Below are positions 19,311-27,529 of a DNA stretch of 64,000 bases, one piece after another; position 1 is the stretch's first letter; the number at the start of each line of letters is the position of its first letter. Below the pieces are notes generated by a model, which did not search any database, was not told where the DNA came from, and was given only the letters and a program-made list of their open reading frames with translations. Location of the stretch: the IMG/VR virus record IMGVR_UViG_3300010399_000007. One strand, written 5' to 3'. The DNA comes from an uncultured virus (IMG/VR IMGVR_UViG_3300010399_000007) (Duplodnaviria; Heunggongvirae; Uroviricota; Caudoviricetes). A program made the position numbers and the translations under genes.

Positions 19311-20004
19311 GCCACATCTCCTTTGCCCAAAACCCATCTGCCATCTCGGAGAAGCGCGGTCTGCCGTGGAATACGACAACGCTTGCGTCCTTCGGTGCGT
19401 CGAGGTGCAACCACGTATCCGTGTCATCAGGATCCGCGCCGGGTCGGGCTTGGTAGTAAGGCGCCACCACGCCAGGAAGAATGTCTTGCCACACAGCGGG
19501 CATAGGTCCGCGCTCACGCATCTCACGTTCCATCCACGCTTGATCGCCTTTCGTGTGCGGAAGAGCCCGAGCAATTGGCTTACCGGCGGCAGCCCACGAC
19601 AACCAATAATGCTCTGTCAATTCGGACACCGTCCACATCATGACTGAGCTATTGAAGCGATGCGTGCGCACGCCATCTCGCATGATGATGAACGGCTCCG
19701 CGCGCTCAAGCATAGACGCAAGCGAACCGCACACGAGTACATCCAAGTCGAAGAAGATGACACGATCGCCACGTTCAAAGGCGCCCGGTCGGAACAACAT
19801 CAGCTTGTCCCAATAGCTGCGAAGGCATTCTTTCGGCGAGACTGCGATAGTGCGGTAGTTGACAAACCCCGACTTATCAGTCAGCACGTGCGGCTCAAGC
19901 GGAATAGGCGAATGCTTTGCAACACTTCGCATCAAATTGTGTACGTACTCGGCTGCGAACTTCTGGCCTGTGTTGACACAGACCGCTTTGATGTGACCGC
20001 CCAT
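19303..20004 (-). CDS. GT-A glycosyltransferase (GT8-like)
   Basis: EYV.NL...V..H, W.KL.LF, FFDLDV, FNSSVM.W, GDQ, VVVFHGRP; AGGAG RBS before ATG 20004. Confidence 0.85.
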   Translation of the reverse strand: MGGHIKAVCVNTGQKFAAEYVHNLMRSVAKHSPIPLEPHVLTDKSGFVNYRTIAVSPKECLRSYWDKLMLFRPGAFERGDRVIFFDLDVLVCGSLASMLERAEPFIIMRDGVRTHRFNSSVMMWTVSELTEHYWLSWAAAGKPIARALPHTKGDQAWMEREMRERGPMPAVWQDILPGVVAPYYQARPGADPDDTDTWLHLDAPKDASVVVFHGRPRFSEMADGFWAKEMWRG

Positions 20005-20110
20005 GGGTAGGTCTCTCCTTAGTTGTTCGGGCGAGTGTATTCGGCAAACTCCCACTCGCTACAGGAGCTAGCAATCGCGGCCCCGTTTCCGAGACCGGCC
20101 CTGCCTGATT

Positions 20111-20314
20111 TCAGTAGTGTCGTGTCGCCGGATGCTTCTTGCCGGTGACGTACTGACCGTTGCGCGTGTGACGCGGCTTGGCGTGCCCGCCACCAGCGCG
20201 ACGATCAGTCTCCAGTGCGATTGCCACTGCTTGAGCATGCGGCTTGCCCGCATCCTGTTCAGCGGCGATATTCTTCCCGATGGCAGCCTTGCTGCCGCTC
20301 TTATCGAGGGGCAT
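20111..20314 (-). CDS. Small basic conserved phage head-region protein
   Basis: MPL.K.GS...I..NI......GKP..QAVAIAL pattern. Confidence 0.65.
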   Translation of the reverse strand: MPLDKSGSKAAIGKNIAAEQDAGKPHAQAVAIALETDRRAGGGHAKPRHTRNGQYVTGKKHPATRHY

Positions 20315-20318
20315 GGCG

Positions 20319-20522
20319 TTACCTCTTCGTCTTTGCCGACTTGTCGCCGTAGATGCGCGACTCCATGTCGTCATAACTGGCGTTTCGCTCGGGCGTTGCC
20401 GCCTTCGCTGAAGGATGCCGCGGCTTGTTCGGCGTACCCGTCTGCATGTCGTCGACCACTTTATCCATCATCTCTTTGCGAGCTTTACCGATCACCGGCT
20501 TGGTCACCATTGAGTCACCCAT
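20319..20522 (-). CDS. Small basic hypothetical protein
   Basis: Overlaps the portal stop; operon packing. Confidence 0.45.
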   Translation of the reverse strand: MGDSMVTKPVIGKARKEMMDKVVDDMQTGTPNKPRHPSAKAATPERNASYDDMESRIYGDKSAKTKR

Positions 20523-22761
20523 TAGGCTTACCTCCTTTCGTCGGTGGCTTCTGCGGCTTGTTGGCCGCTTCCGTCCGTTTGATGTTGTGCTCAGCGATCT
20601 TCAAGTGCGCATCGAGCGCCTTCGAATCGCGGGCAGTCTGGCTCTTCTCCTTTTCGATACCGAGCTTCACGTACATCTGTTCCAGCGTGAGCTTCTCTTT
20701 CAGTGCCAGCTCAGCGTACGCAACTTCTCGCTTCAGTTCCAGCTCCGCCTTCTCTTTCTGGTGGCGTGCATCGTTGTCTTCTTTGCGGATCTTCAGCTCT
20801 TCCATCTTCACCTGAATTTCCGGAGGCATTTGCGGCGGGTTCTGCTTCTGCTTCTCCGCCATTTCTTGGTCACTCAGGAAGAACCGTTTGGAGTTCTTGT
20901 AGCCCAGCGCTCCGAAAATCTCATTTGCCACCTCATCGGTGCGCATGCGATCGGACATGCCGGGCAAGGACCCAACCTGCGACAAACCGTAAACGAGTCG
21001 CTGTACACGCATCATCGGATCGGTGTTACCCAAGCCGACGTTGATCTGCACAACGAGATCACGTGTCAGCAGCTCATCGGTGGGCTTGTCATGACCAAGT
21101 CGCTTGAATGCCTGCGACTTGTCGCCCGCGAGCGCGAGCACGACTTCGTCACTTTCGTAGAGCTGCTCCAATCGCACGATCTGCCCAAGCACCGGTTCAA
21201 GCCACGTCTCGAAGAAGACCTTGACGCCGTAGTCCTGCACCGCGCCGGCAGACGACGCGATGCGGTCAAGTCCGCCCACGGTCTCATTCAATTGTCGGTT
21301 GTTCAACACACTGGAATTGCTGAATCCGCCCACCAACTCATCCAGCTCCGTCGCCAGTCGGTCATGCTCTTGATAGCTGGAACTGGTAACGTCCGGCGTG
21401 CTGACAACTTCAACGTCCTTTTCGGGATCGTTCACCATCACGCCGCCGCCGGGCACGTTACGTACGAGCGCATCGAGATCGATCTGCGACCCGCGGCGCA
21501 CGAAGTAGCGCTTGTTCAGCACCAGCAGCACGTTGTCGAGGCGCTGGTTGGCGACCTTGTTGATTTCCTCTTGCAGCGGCGCGGCTTGCTCGACATCACC
21601 CGCGGGATAGTTACGGTGTGCTTCCACCGTGGACGTGCCGACGACAAACGGTCGTTCGCCAACTTTCAGCCAGGGGTACATCTCTCGTAACGGAATCGGA
21701 TCGGTGAGCACGAGTTCCGTGCCCATCGTCCACCACGCGAGGTCGACACCCTCTACGCGCTGTACGTTCAGATGCGCCCACACCATCGTGAACGGATTGC
21801 CGGACTGATCGTTCACCGGGTCAATGCGCTCATAACCTTCACGCGCCCGGCGCGTGCGATTGTCGATCTCACGACGCGTCGACAGAATCTGCTGCAACGA
21901 ATACTCGCGCCAGATCGGCCCGTACTTCGGATGCGCCTGCTTCATCAGCGCCAGCGCATCGCCTGCGTGAATCGGTTTCATCCACAGAAGGTAAGGCGAA
22001 GTCTGCGCGGGGTTGCGCCAGTCGCACATCGGATCGAAGCCGAAGTTCTCCGGCTCGATCAGATCCACCGCGAGGTTGTCTTGAATGACGGTCTTCTGCT
22101 CGCGGCCCATCGGTATCTGCTCAGACTCGCCGTTCTCGCCGACGACAGTGCCCATGATCGGCTGGCCCTGCTCGTCAACTGCAGGCACCGTCTCTACCTT
22201 GACTTGGTAGTCCCAGTTCTGGTGACTGATGCAGACGCCGTAGACCTTGGTGTCCTGATACGCGCCGATCACGGTGAGGAACCAGGAAAGTGCATTAGTT
22301 TCGAGACGGTACTGAACGATCTCTTTGACGACTTCCGAGCACGCCACATTCTCCAGATCATTTGGGTTGCGCGCTTCCACCGACATGATGTCGCGCGTCG
22401 AGAAGACCGCCGCAGCGGCGCTCGCTTCTTGCGACTTGACGTTGGCGCGTGTCTTCGGGCGGAACGTGCGCGAGCGCTTCCAGTCAGCGCGACCGTACGG
22501 CGTGCCGGGTGCATGCTGGTTGCGGAAGTGCAACAGGTTGCGCTCCCACTGGTTTGTCACGTTCTGCGCTTTGTAGTTTGCAGAGCTGACGTAAATCTGT
22601 CGCGCCTTCTGAATAGCCCACGCGTCAGAATCCGACATCGTGCTCTCAGTGCTGCCAGAGGCGGGCTTCGCGCCACCGAGCGGCGGCATCATCGTCTCGC
22701 CGCTCATTCCCGGCGGCAAGTCTGCAGGTGTGCGCGAATAACCATTCTGCTCAGGCGTCAT
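20515..22761 (-). CDS. Portal protein
   Basis: 748 aa; F.PKTR, PENF.FDP, Q.EIN...NQRLDN, ET.GG motifs and C-terminal coiled-coil barrel; between TerL and scaffold. Confidence 0.85.
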   Translation of the reverse strand: MTPEQNGYSRTPADLPPGMSGETMMPPLGGAKPASGSTESTMSDSDAWAIQKARQIYVSSANYKAQNVTNQWERNLLHFRNQHAPGTPYGRADWKRSRTFRPKTRANVKSQEASAAAAVFSTRDIMSVEARNPNDLENVACSEVVKEIVQYRLETNALSWFLTVIGAYQDTKVYGVCISHQNWDYQVKVETVPAVDEQGQPIMGTVVGENGESEQIPMGREQKTVIQDNLAVDLIEPENFGFDPMCDWRNPAQTSPYLLWMKPIHAGDALALMKQAHPKYGPIWREYSLQQILSTRREIDNRTRRAREGYERIDPVNDQSGNPFTMVWAHLNVQRVEGVDLAWWTMGTELVLTDPIPLREMYPWLKVGERPFVVGTSTVEAHRNYPAGDVEQAAPLQEEINKVANQRLDNVLLVLNKRYFVRRGSQIDLDALVRNVPGGGVMVNDPEKDVEVVSTPDVTSSSYQEHDRLATELDELVGGFSNSSVLNNRQLNETVGGLDRIASSAGAVQDYGVKVFFETWLEPVLGQIVRLEQLYESDEVVLALAGDKSQAFKRLGHDKPTDELLTRDLVVQINVGLGNTDPMMRVQRLVYGLSQVGSLPGMSDRMRTDEVANEIFGALGYKNSKRFFLSDQEMAEKQKQNPPQMPPEIQVKMEELKIRKEDNDARHQKEKAELELKREVAYAELALKEKLTLEQMYVKLGIEKEKSQTARDSKALDAHLKIAEHNIKRTEAANKPQKPPTKGGKPNG

Positions 22762-22764
22762 CGT

Positions 22765-23022
22765 CTATTCCTCCACTGCGCGTGTGACGCGCCTTTGCAG
22801 CATGCCGCCCGACCAGTACACGTCAACCAGATTCGTGTCACTTGACCAAGCAGACCGATACGAAGTGACCTCTTCCCCCGGTTCTTTGTAAATCAATACG
22901 ACAACAGCGCTTATGTCTTCCACACCTTCAGTCTTTAGCTTGCGCAGCTGCTGTTGCATCACTGTCAACATCTGCTCGCCTGTTTCAGCGCCAAGCGGCG
23001 CGAGCACGTGTACGTCGCCCAT
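22765..23022 (-). CDS. Hypothetical protein
   Basis: Coupled ORF between TerL and portal. Confidence 0.5.
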   Translation of the reverse strand: MGDVHVLAPLGAETGEQMLTVMQQQLRKLKTEGVEDISAVVVLIYKEPGEEVTSYRSAWSSDTNLVDVYWSGGMLQRRVTRAVEE

Positions 23023-23462
23023 CAGTAGCGCTCCGGCTTCGCGTCGACTGCGATTACGTTGTCGCGCAGATCACGCGGCAACGTTTCCAACACCTCGGGG
23101 TTAAACCGGTTCGAGCGCGAGATGTTGTGCCGTTCAAGGATCTCGCCGGCCGCTTTGACAGCCGCCGCTTGCATGTCGTGGATGGTGCGCGTGCGGAAAT
23201 GCAGATGGTAGCCCTTGGTGGTAGACACGCTCGGGCACATCAGCACCACCATCTGATTATCCAGATCAACCTCAACGCTCCACTGACGGTTAGGATACGT
23301 AGCAGCCACGCGTTCACCCAGTCGCTTAGCGATGAACATTTCCAATTTCGCACGACGCTCACTTGTCCCTTCATGCAAGAAGATTTTGTTGTAATCCGCT
23401 GTGATCTCGCGGCCGTTCAGTCCCGGCACGAGGATGCGGTTACTCTGCGCTCTGTGTCCCAT
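23022..23462 (-). CDS. Conserved hypothetical protein upstream of portal
   Basis: YP.R.W.V...AAGEILER..ISR pattern; GAGGAGG RBS. Confidence 0.6.
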   Translation of the reverse strand: MGHRAQSNRILVPGLNGREITADYNKIFLHEGTSERRAKLEMFIAKRLGERVAATYPNRQWSVEVDLDNQMVVLMCPSVSTTKGYHLHFRTRTIHDMQAAAVKAAGEILERHNISRSNRFNPEVLETLPRDLRDNVIAVDAKPERY

Positions 23463-23604
23463 CCTTGACCTCCTCTACCGACAGAAGAACTGCGCCGGGC
23501 CTCTGCGCCACCGCAAACTTCGCGTGCTGAGCGGCCTCGTTGATGTCCTTCCTCTCAACGATCCGCTCGTACCGCTCGGTCCACGCGATGACGTATTTGG
23601 CCAT
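23440..23604 (-). CDS. Small hypothetical protein (54 aa, below ORF-track cut-off)
   Basis: MAKYVIAWTERYERIV...QSAE fills the gap between neighbours. Confidence 0.45.
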   Translation of the reverse strand: MAKYVIAWTERYERIVERKDINEAAQHAKFAVAQRPGAVLLSVEEVKDGTQSAE

Positions 23605-23607
23605 GCT

Positions 23608-23955
23608 TCAGCGCCCGAACGTAAACACCTGCGTGCGCTTGAACGTAAGCGGCGTGGCGTCGTTCGTCAGCTTCGTGGCGACGGCTTGCAACCATGCGAC
23701 AACAGCGCTGCGCGTGGTCGCATCCCACTTGGCGGAGTCCGTCAACTCGATCTGCGCCTGCAGCACACTCGACTTGGCCGCGCCGGTGAGATACTGAGCG
23801 ACGTACTTTCGCTTGAACGCCTTCGGCGTAGAGTCATTGGAGAGCGCAGTCGCCTGTGCGTTGACCCAGTTGACGATGGCCGTGCGAACTGCGAGACGCA
23901 GATTGGTGGAATCATAGTACGTGACGCTGGCTTGCGCCTTGCTACGAGTGCTCAT
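23608..23955 (-). CDS. Hypothetical protein with internal duplication
   Basis: Two copies of R.A(I/V)V.W....AT.L.ND.TP..FKR. Confidence 0.6.
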   Translation of the reverse strand: MSTRSKAQASVTYYDSTNLRLAVRTAIVNWVNAQATALSNDSTPKAFKRKYVAQYLTGAAKSSVLQAQIELTDSAKWDATTRSAVVAWLQAVATKLTNDATPLTFKRTQVFTFGR

Positions 23956-24179
23956 CGGTCGAACTTCGGTGTGGCTTCGACGGGTTGCGGTTCGAGCGGC
24001 GTAAGCGCATCGACGTACTCCTGTCGCTCTTCCTTGATCACTTCGAGCGCAGCGTCGATCTCGGTGATGCGCGAGGCCGCAGCCTCAAGTCGTCTGCGTT
24101 CGTTACGCAGCGGCGTCTCGCGAGCATTCAACTCCGAGATCATCTCGCGGTAAATCTTGGCTTTCACTTCGTTCGACAT
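23952..24179 (-). CDS. Small coiled-coil protein
   Basis: GGAGGT RBS; heptad pattern. Confidence 0.55.
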   Translation of the reverse strand: MSNEVKAKIYREMISELNARETPLRNERRRLEAAASRITEIDAALEVIKEERQEYVDALTPLEPQPVEATPKFDR

Positions 24180-24244
24180 CTGGGATCACCTCCAAGTAAA
24201 GTTCGTGTTACCAAAAACGGTGTTTCGGTTAACTCTATGTTAGT

Positions 24245-25702
24245 TCAGGCCGCAGCTGCTGGCTCGAACGCTTCATCGTCTGGCTCGAACCAACCTTTCT
24301 TCAGGTCGCCGAGTTCTTCAGCAAACGTATGCGCCAGCGCGTCTCCTTCGTCCGGACTTGGGAGACCACGCTTCTTCATGTCCTTTTTCCGTTCGAGTCT
24401 GATGCGCTCCTTGTCATCGAAGTCGTACTCCAACCCGATGAGCGCAGCGCGCAGATCCATGTCAGCCGGCAAGTCCACGCCAAGCTTGATCCAGTCGCGC
24501 ATGCGACCCCACATCTCAGCGCGTTTGTTGTAGTACGTCTCGTCTTCTCGTGCCGACTCACCGGCATTCACTTCGATGACTTCGTACCCGAGCATGCGTA
24601 AGCGATCAACAACGCCGGCGCCAAGACCATTGCCGTCAACAAAAGTGACAGCAGCACGATGCTCCTTGATAGCAGCAACCACAGCCACCGCAGTCTGCAT
24701 CGTGTTGAACTCGCGGTACTTCTGGACTTCGAGAACTTTCCGTCCTTGTCTGGCCACGATGACCGTTTTGTCATCTCCGTAACGGGCCACGTCGACTCCC
24801 AGAACGACAGGGAGCATGCAGTACGCTTCGAACGGCATGTCGCGGAGCATCGCGTCGTCGACAAGATCACTGGAGATGAACTGCATCGAGCCCGTGCGCG
24901 GGAACTCGCCGCGCACGCGGACGCGCACGAAGTCGCTGTCTTCTCCATACACTTCTACCCACTCGTTGATCTCAACCTTGTTGGTCATCTTGCAGGTGCG
25001 GCTGTCGACCTTCGCGGTGATCCAGCGCTTCTTGTCCTGCTCGAAGCACTGCCGGAACCGGCCAGTGTTCTTTGTGGGGTTACCAAACACGGCCCATATG
25101 GCGCACGGAGTCGTCATCGCGCCCTCGGTCACCTCCCAAATTTTGTCTGGGATCGCCGAAGCTTCGTCATAAATCACGAGCACATACTTCGCGTGCAAGC
25201 CGGCGAACGCTTCAGAGTTGTGTTCTGAATTCGGTACGGCTGCAACGAACCATGTTTCAGGATGGTCGACGTGCCAGAACTTCGTGGCGCTCCACTTGAA
25301 CCAGTGACGATTGATCGCACGCTTGTGCCACAGCGCAAGCTCGCGCCACGTCTTCGTGTTCAACTGCATCATGGTGTTCGCAGTGACCACGCCGGAGAGG
25401 TGCGGCCGCGTCGACATGCACCAGAGGATGAGCCATGCCACAACTGCGGTCTTGCCCACGCCGTGCCCCGAGGAGCGCGCCAAGCGGATCGACGCTTGCG
25501 GATCACCTTTGAGGGTCTTGCGGATGTCGTCCATGAACTTCCGCTGCCACGTATCAGGTCCGTCATGCTCTGCCAACTCGCCTTCACCCCAATTGAAAGC
25601 GAACATGACGTACCGCTCGAAGTCGTCGAAGCACTCCTCCATCTCAATGAGGAGTTCGTTTTCGAACTGCTGTTCGGTCAGTTGTGCGTTCACTTGCACC
25701 AC
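24245..25702 (-). CDS. terL: Terminase large subunit
   Basis: Walker A SGHGVGKT, Walker B VIYDEAS, motif C FGNPT, nuclease GVDVARYGDD and SPDEGDALA. Confidence 0.95.
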   Translation of the reverse strand: MVQVNAQLTEQQFENELLIEMEECFDDFERYVMFAFNWGEGELAEHDGPDTWQRKFMDDIRKTLKGDPQASIRLARSSGHGVGKTAVVAWLILWCMSTRPHLSGVVTANTMMQLNTKTWRELALWHKRAINRHWFKWSATKFWHVDHPETWFVAAVPNSEHNSEAFAGLHAKYVLVIYDEASAIPDKIWEVTEGAMTTPCAIWAVFGNPTKNTGRFRQCFEQDKKRWITAKVDSRTCKMTNKVEINEWVEVYGEDSDFVRVRVRGEFPRTGSMQFISSDLVDDAMLRDMPFEAYCMLPVVLGVDVARYGDDKTVIVARQGRKVLEVQKYREFNTMQTAVAVVAAIKEHRAAVTFVDGNGLGAGVVDRLRMLGYEVIEVNAGESAREDETYYNKRAEMWGRMRDWIKLGVDLPADMDLRAALIGLEYDFDDKERIRLERKKDMKKRGLPSPDEGDALAHTFAEELGDLKKGWFEPDDEAFEPAAAA

Positions 25703-25914
25703 CAGCTGAGAACCAGAGGCCCGAGATGAAAGTACTCACAGTCCTGCGAAGTGGCGAAGCCCCAATCTCGGTAGGCCCGAAGAGCGAAAGGGCTTAGCGA
25801 AATGGTCAGATACCGAGGCCAGCCGCGAAATGCACATCGTGCCTTGCCGAAGAAACTGAGCTGCAGCCAGTCGGCGAAATGGTAGCCGTTGCTGACGTAC
25901 TGCGCGTAGGTCAT
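25690..25914 (-). CDS. Hypothetical aromatic-rich protein between TerS and TerL
   Basis: ATGA coupling with the TerS stop; overlaps the TerL start. Confidence 0.4.
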   Translation of the reverse strand: MTYAQYVSNGYHFADWLQLSFFGKARCAFRGWPRYLTISLSPFALRAYRDWGFATSQDCEYFHLGPLVLSWWCK

Positions 25915-26660
25915 TCGCTCAACCAGTCCGGTAATGCCGCTTTGGGTTGGATGATCTCTGCGTCGATCGGCGACTCGTCGCGCTTCAACTGCCGGCGCCG
26001 CGCATGCGCCGCTTCGAGGCGTTCCGCGTGGTTGAGGTTGAGATTCACGTTGACCTCGGTCTTGTTCTTGTCATCACCGAACCGGTCTTTCGCGAAGTCG
26101 GCCATTAGCTTCTGCCGCGCCTGGATCCGAGTGTCGGCGCGCTTCACTGACGCGACGTTCCCGCGTCCATTCAGATCAATGTCGTTCCCGTCGTTGTCCG
26201 CGATCTCGATCGTCTCGTCGGCCCACATCTCGGCGCGGATTTTCCGCGCGTTGTCGTACTCCTCCTTCGTCACCGGATCCGCGAGCACAAGGGTAAGGAA
26301 GCTCGTCGGGTTGCGGTTGTGGTTCTCGCACGCCTTCTTCACCGTCAGGCCGCCCGCAATCCCGGCGCAGATGCTGATGATGAGATCCGTGTCCCAGTCG
26401 CGCCGGTGGGCGGCGATGCGCGCTTCGTTCCACTGTTTCCGGTATTCCGGGCTCGCGCGCAGCATCCCTTCCACCAGCGCGCGAGTGGCGCCCACCGTCT
26501 TGATCGCATCCGTCGATGACACGCCGTCTGCGAGCAGGCCGAGCAATCGTGCCCAGGCGTCCACCGCGATGTTTGCGGCAAGGTCCTGAACCGTAGGCTT
26601 GCGGTACCGCTGAGCGGCGCCACCGGACGACGGTCCACGACTGGCTGCGTCTGTGGACAC
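25911..26660 (-). CDS. terS: Terminase small subunit (Sf6 gp1-like) with duplicated HTH; start uncertain
   Basis: ICAGIAGG.T...AC...EEYDNAR..RAE..ADE.IEIAD...RIQAR...RFGD; upstream of TerL. Confidence 0.8.
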   Translation of the reverse strand: MSTDAASRGPSSGGAAQRYRKPTVQDLAANIAVDAWARLLGLLADGVSSTDAIKTVGATRALVEGMLRASPEYRKQWNEARIAAHRRDWDTDLIISICAGIAGGLTVKKACENHNRNPTSFLTLVLADPVTKEEYDNARKIRAEMWADETIEIADNDGNDIDLNGRGNVASVKRADTRIQARQKLMADFAKDRFGDDKNKTEVNVNLNLNHAERLEAAHARRRQLKRDESPIDAEIIQPKAALPDWLSE

Positions 26661-26671
26661 GATGGGGAACT

Positions 26672-26845
26672 TCAAGACGGATTCGTAGCGAAGGGATTGT
26701 GCCCAGGACGCTCGACGCGCACGCGACGCCGCGAGAACTGGTAGACCGGATAGGCAGGCTCCGCGCCGGCAACCGCGTACACGAGGGCTTTGATGTTGAT
26801 CCGCTTGACGCGGACTTTGATGTTCGGAATGTGCGCGTCTGCCAT
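26672..26845 (-). CDS. Small hypothetical protein, first gene of the late arm
   Basis: GGAGGA RBS; MADAHIPNIKVRVKR. Confidence 0.45.
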   Translation of the reverse strand: MADAHIPNIKVRVKRINIKALVYAVAGAEPAYPVYQFSRRRVRVERPGHNPFATNPS

Positions 26846-26889
26846 GTCGTCCTCCGTGTGGAATGAGGCTCGCCGTAGGGTTTGAAGAC

Positions 26890-27529
26890 ATGAAGCCTTC
26901 GCTGGGCCCACGGCGAGCCTCGAATGACGCGGTGCGCGTCGGGACGTGACGCCGCCAGGAGAGTACGGGCCACGCCCGCGCATGTGTATTACCGTTTCAC
27001 CGGCGAGTCAATAGTTCCCGGCAGGAACTGCGGATGAGGTCCGTACCCGCGCGCGAGGGCGCCAAAATTTGGGAATCTGGGGAATCCGGCAATACGGATC
27101 CGGATCCCGTACGCGTGGAAATCCGTGCGTCTGTCAATTGGAGCCACGTCGAAATGGCGCGCGCCCTAAAGCCACCTGAATCGATCGACCTCGGGCCGAA
27201 GTATGAGGCTCATTTTCGCCGGTACCATATCCGTCACGCATTGTGTCACCACCGCTCCAATCCCCGCGCGAGTTAACGTAATGCACGTTATGCGCATAGG
27301 CATTGTCTCACTGACGTGACAGAGCACCGGCCACAACATGTTGTGGCCGTTAGTACGTGCGTGAGGCCACATGGCGTGGGCGTAGATTCGAACTGACAAA
27401 ATTTGTCACTACTGTGGAGTTCACACTAGTGGCGGCTGAGAATCGTGTCACAAAAATAGTTATTGACATGCAGCCGAATTCGGGCAACCATCGGCGCACG
27501 TGCTAGCCAGCACGACAGGAGACTGCACA
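26890..27529. promoter_or_regulatory. Divergent late/early control region
   Basis: Strand switch with no convincing CDS; several palindromes (e.g. 27328-27349); candidate leftward TTGACT-N17-TACACA at 27011-26983. Confidence 0.65.
27463..27491 (+). promoter_or_regulatory. Candidate sigma70 early promoter
   Basis: TTGACA-N17-AACCAT preceded by A-rich AAAAATAG, 39 nt before the first early ATG. Confidence 0.5.

Noticed and set aside
13939..20004. GT island as a DNA hypermodification system
   Set aside because: No hydroxymethylase, TET/JBP or thymidylate-synthase-like gene recognised, and the island is coupled to head genes rather than replication genes. Disfavoured, not excluded.
7290..25729. 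Long + strand ORFs (7290-8705, 11558-12484, 20425-21690, 21772-22845, etc.)
   Set aside because: Antisense shadows of high-GC genes; no RBS or motifs.
27020..27130. Hammerhead ribozyme or tRNA in intergenic DNA
   Set aside because: No CUGAUGA/GAAA core and no cloverleaf or T-loop consensus here or in other spacers; a covariance search was not run.
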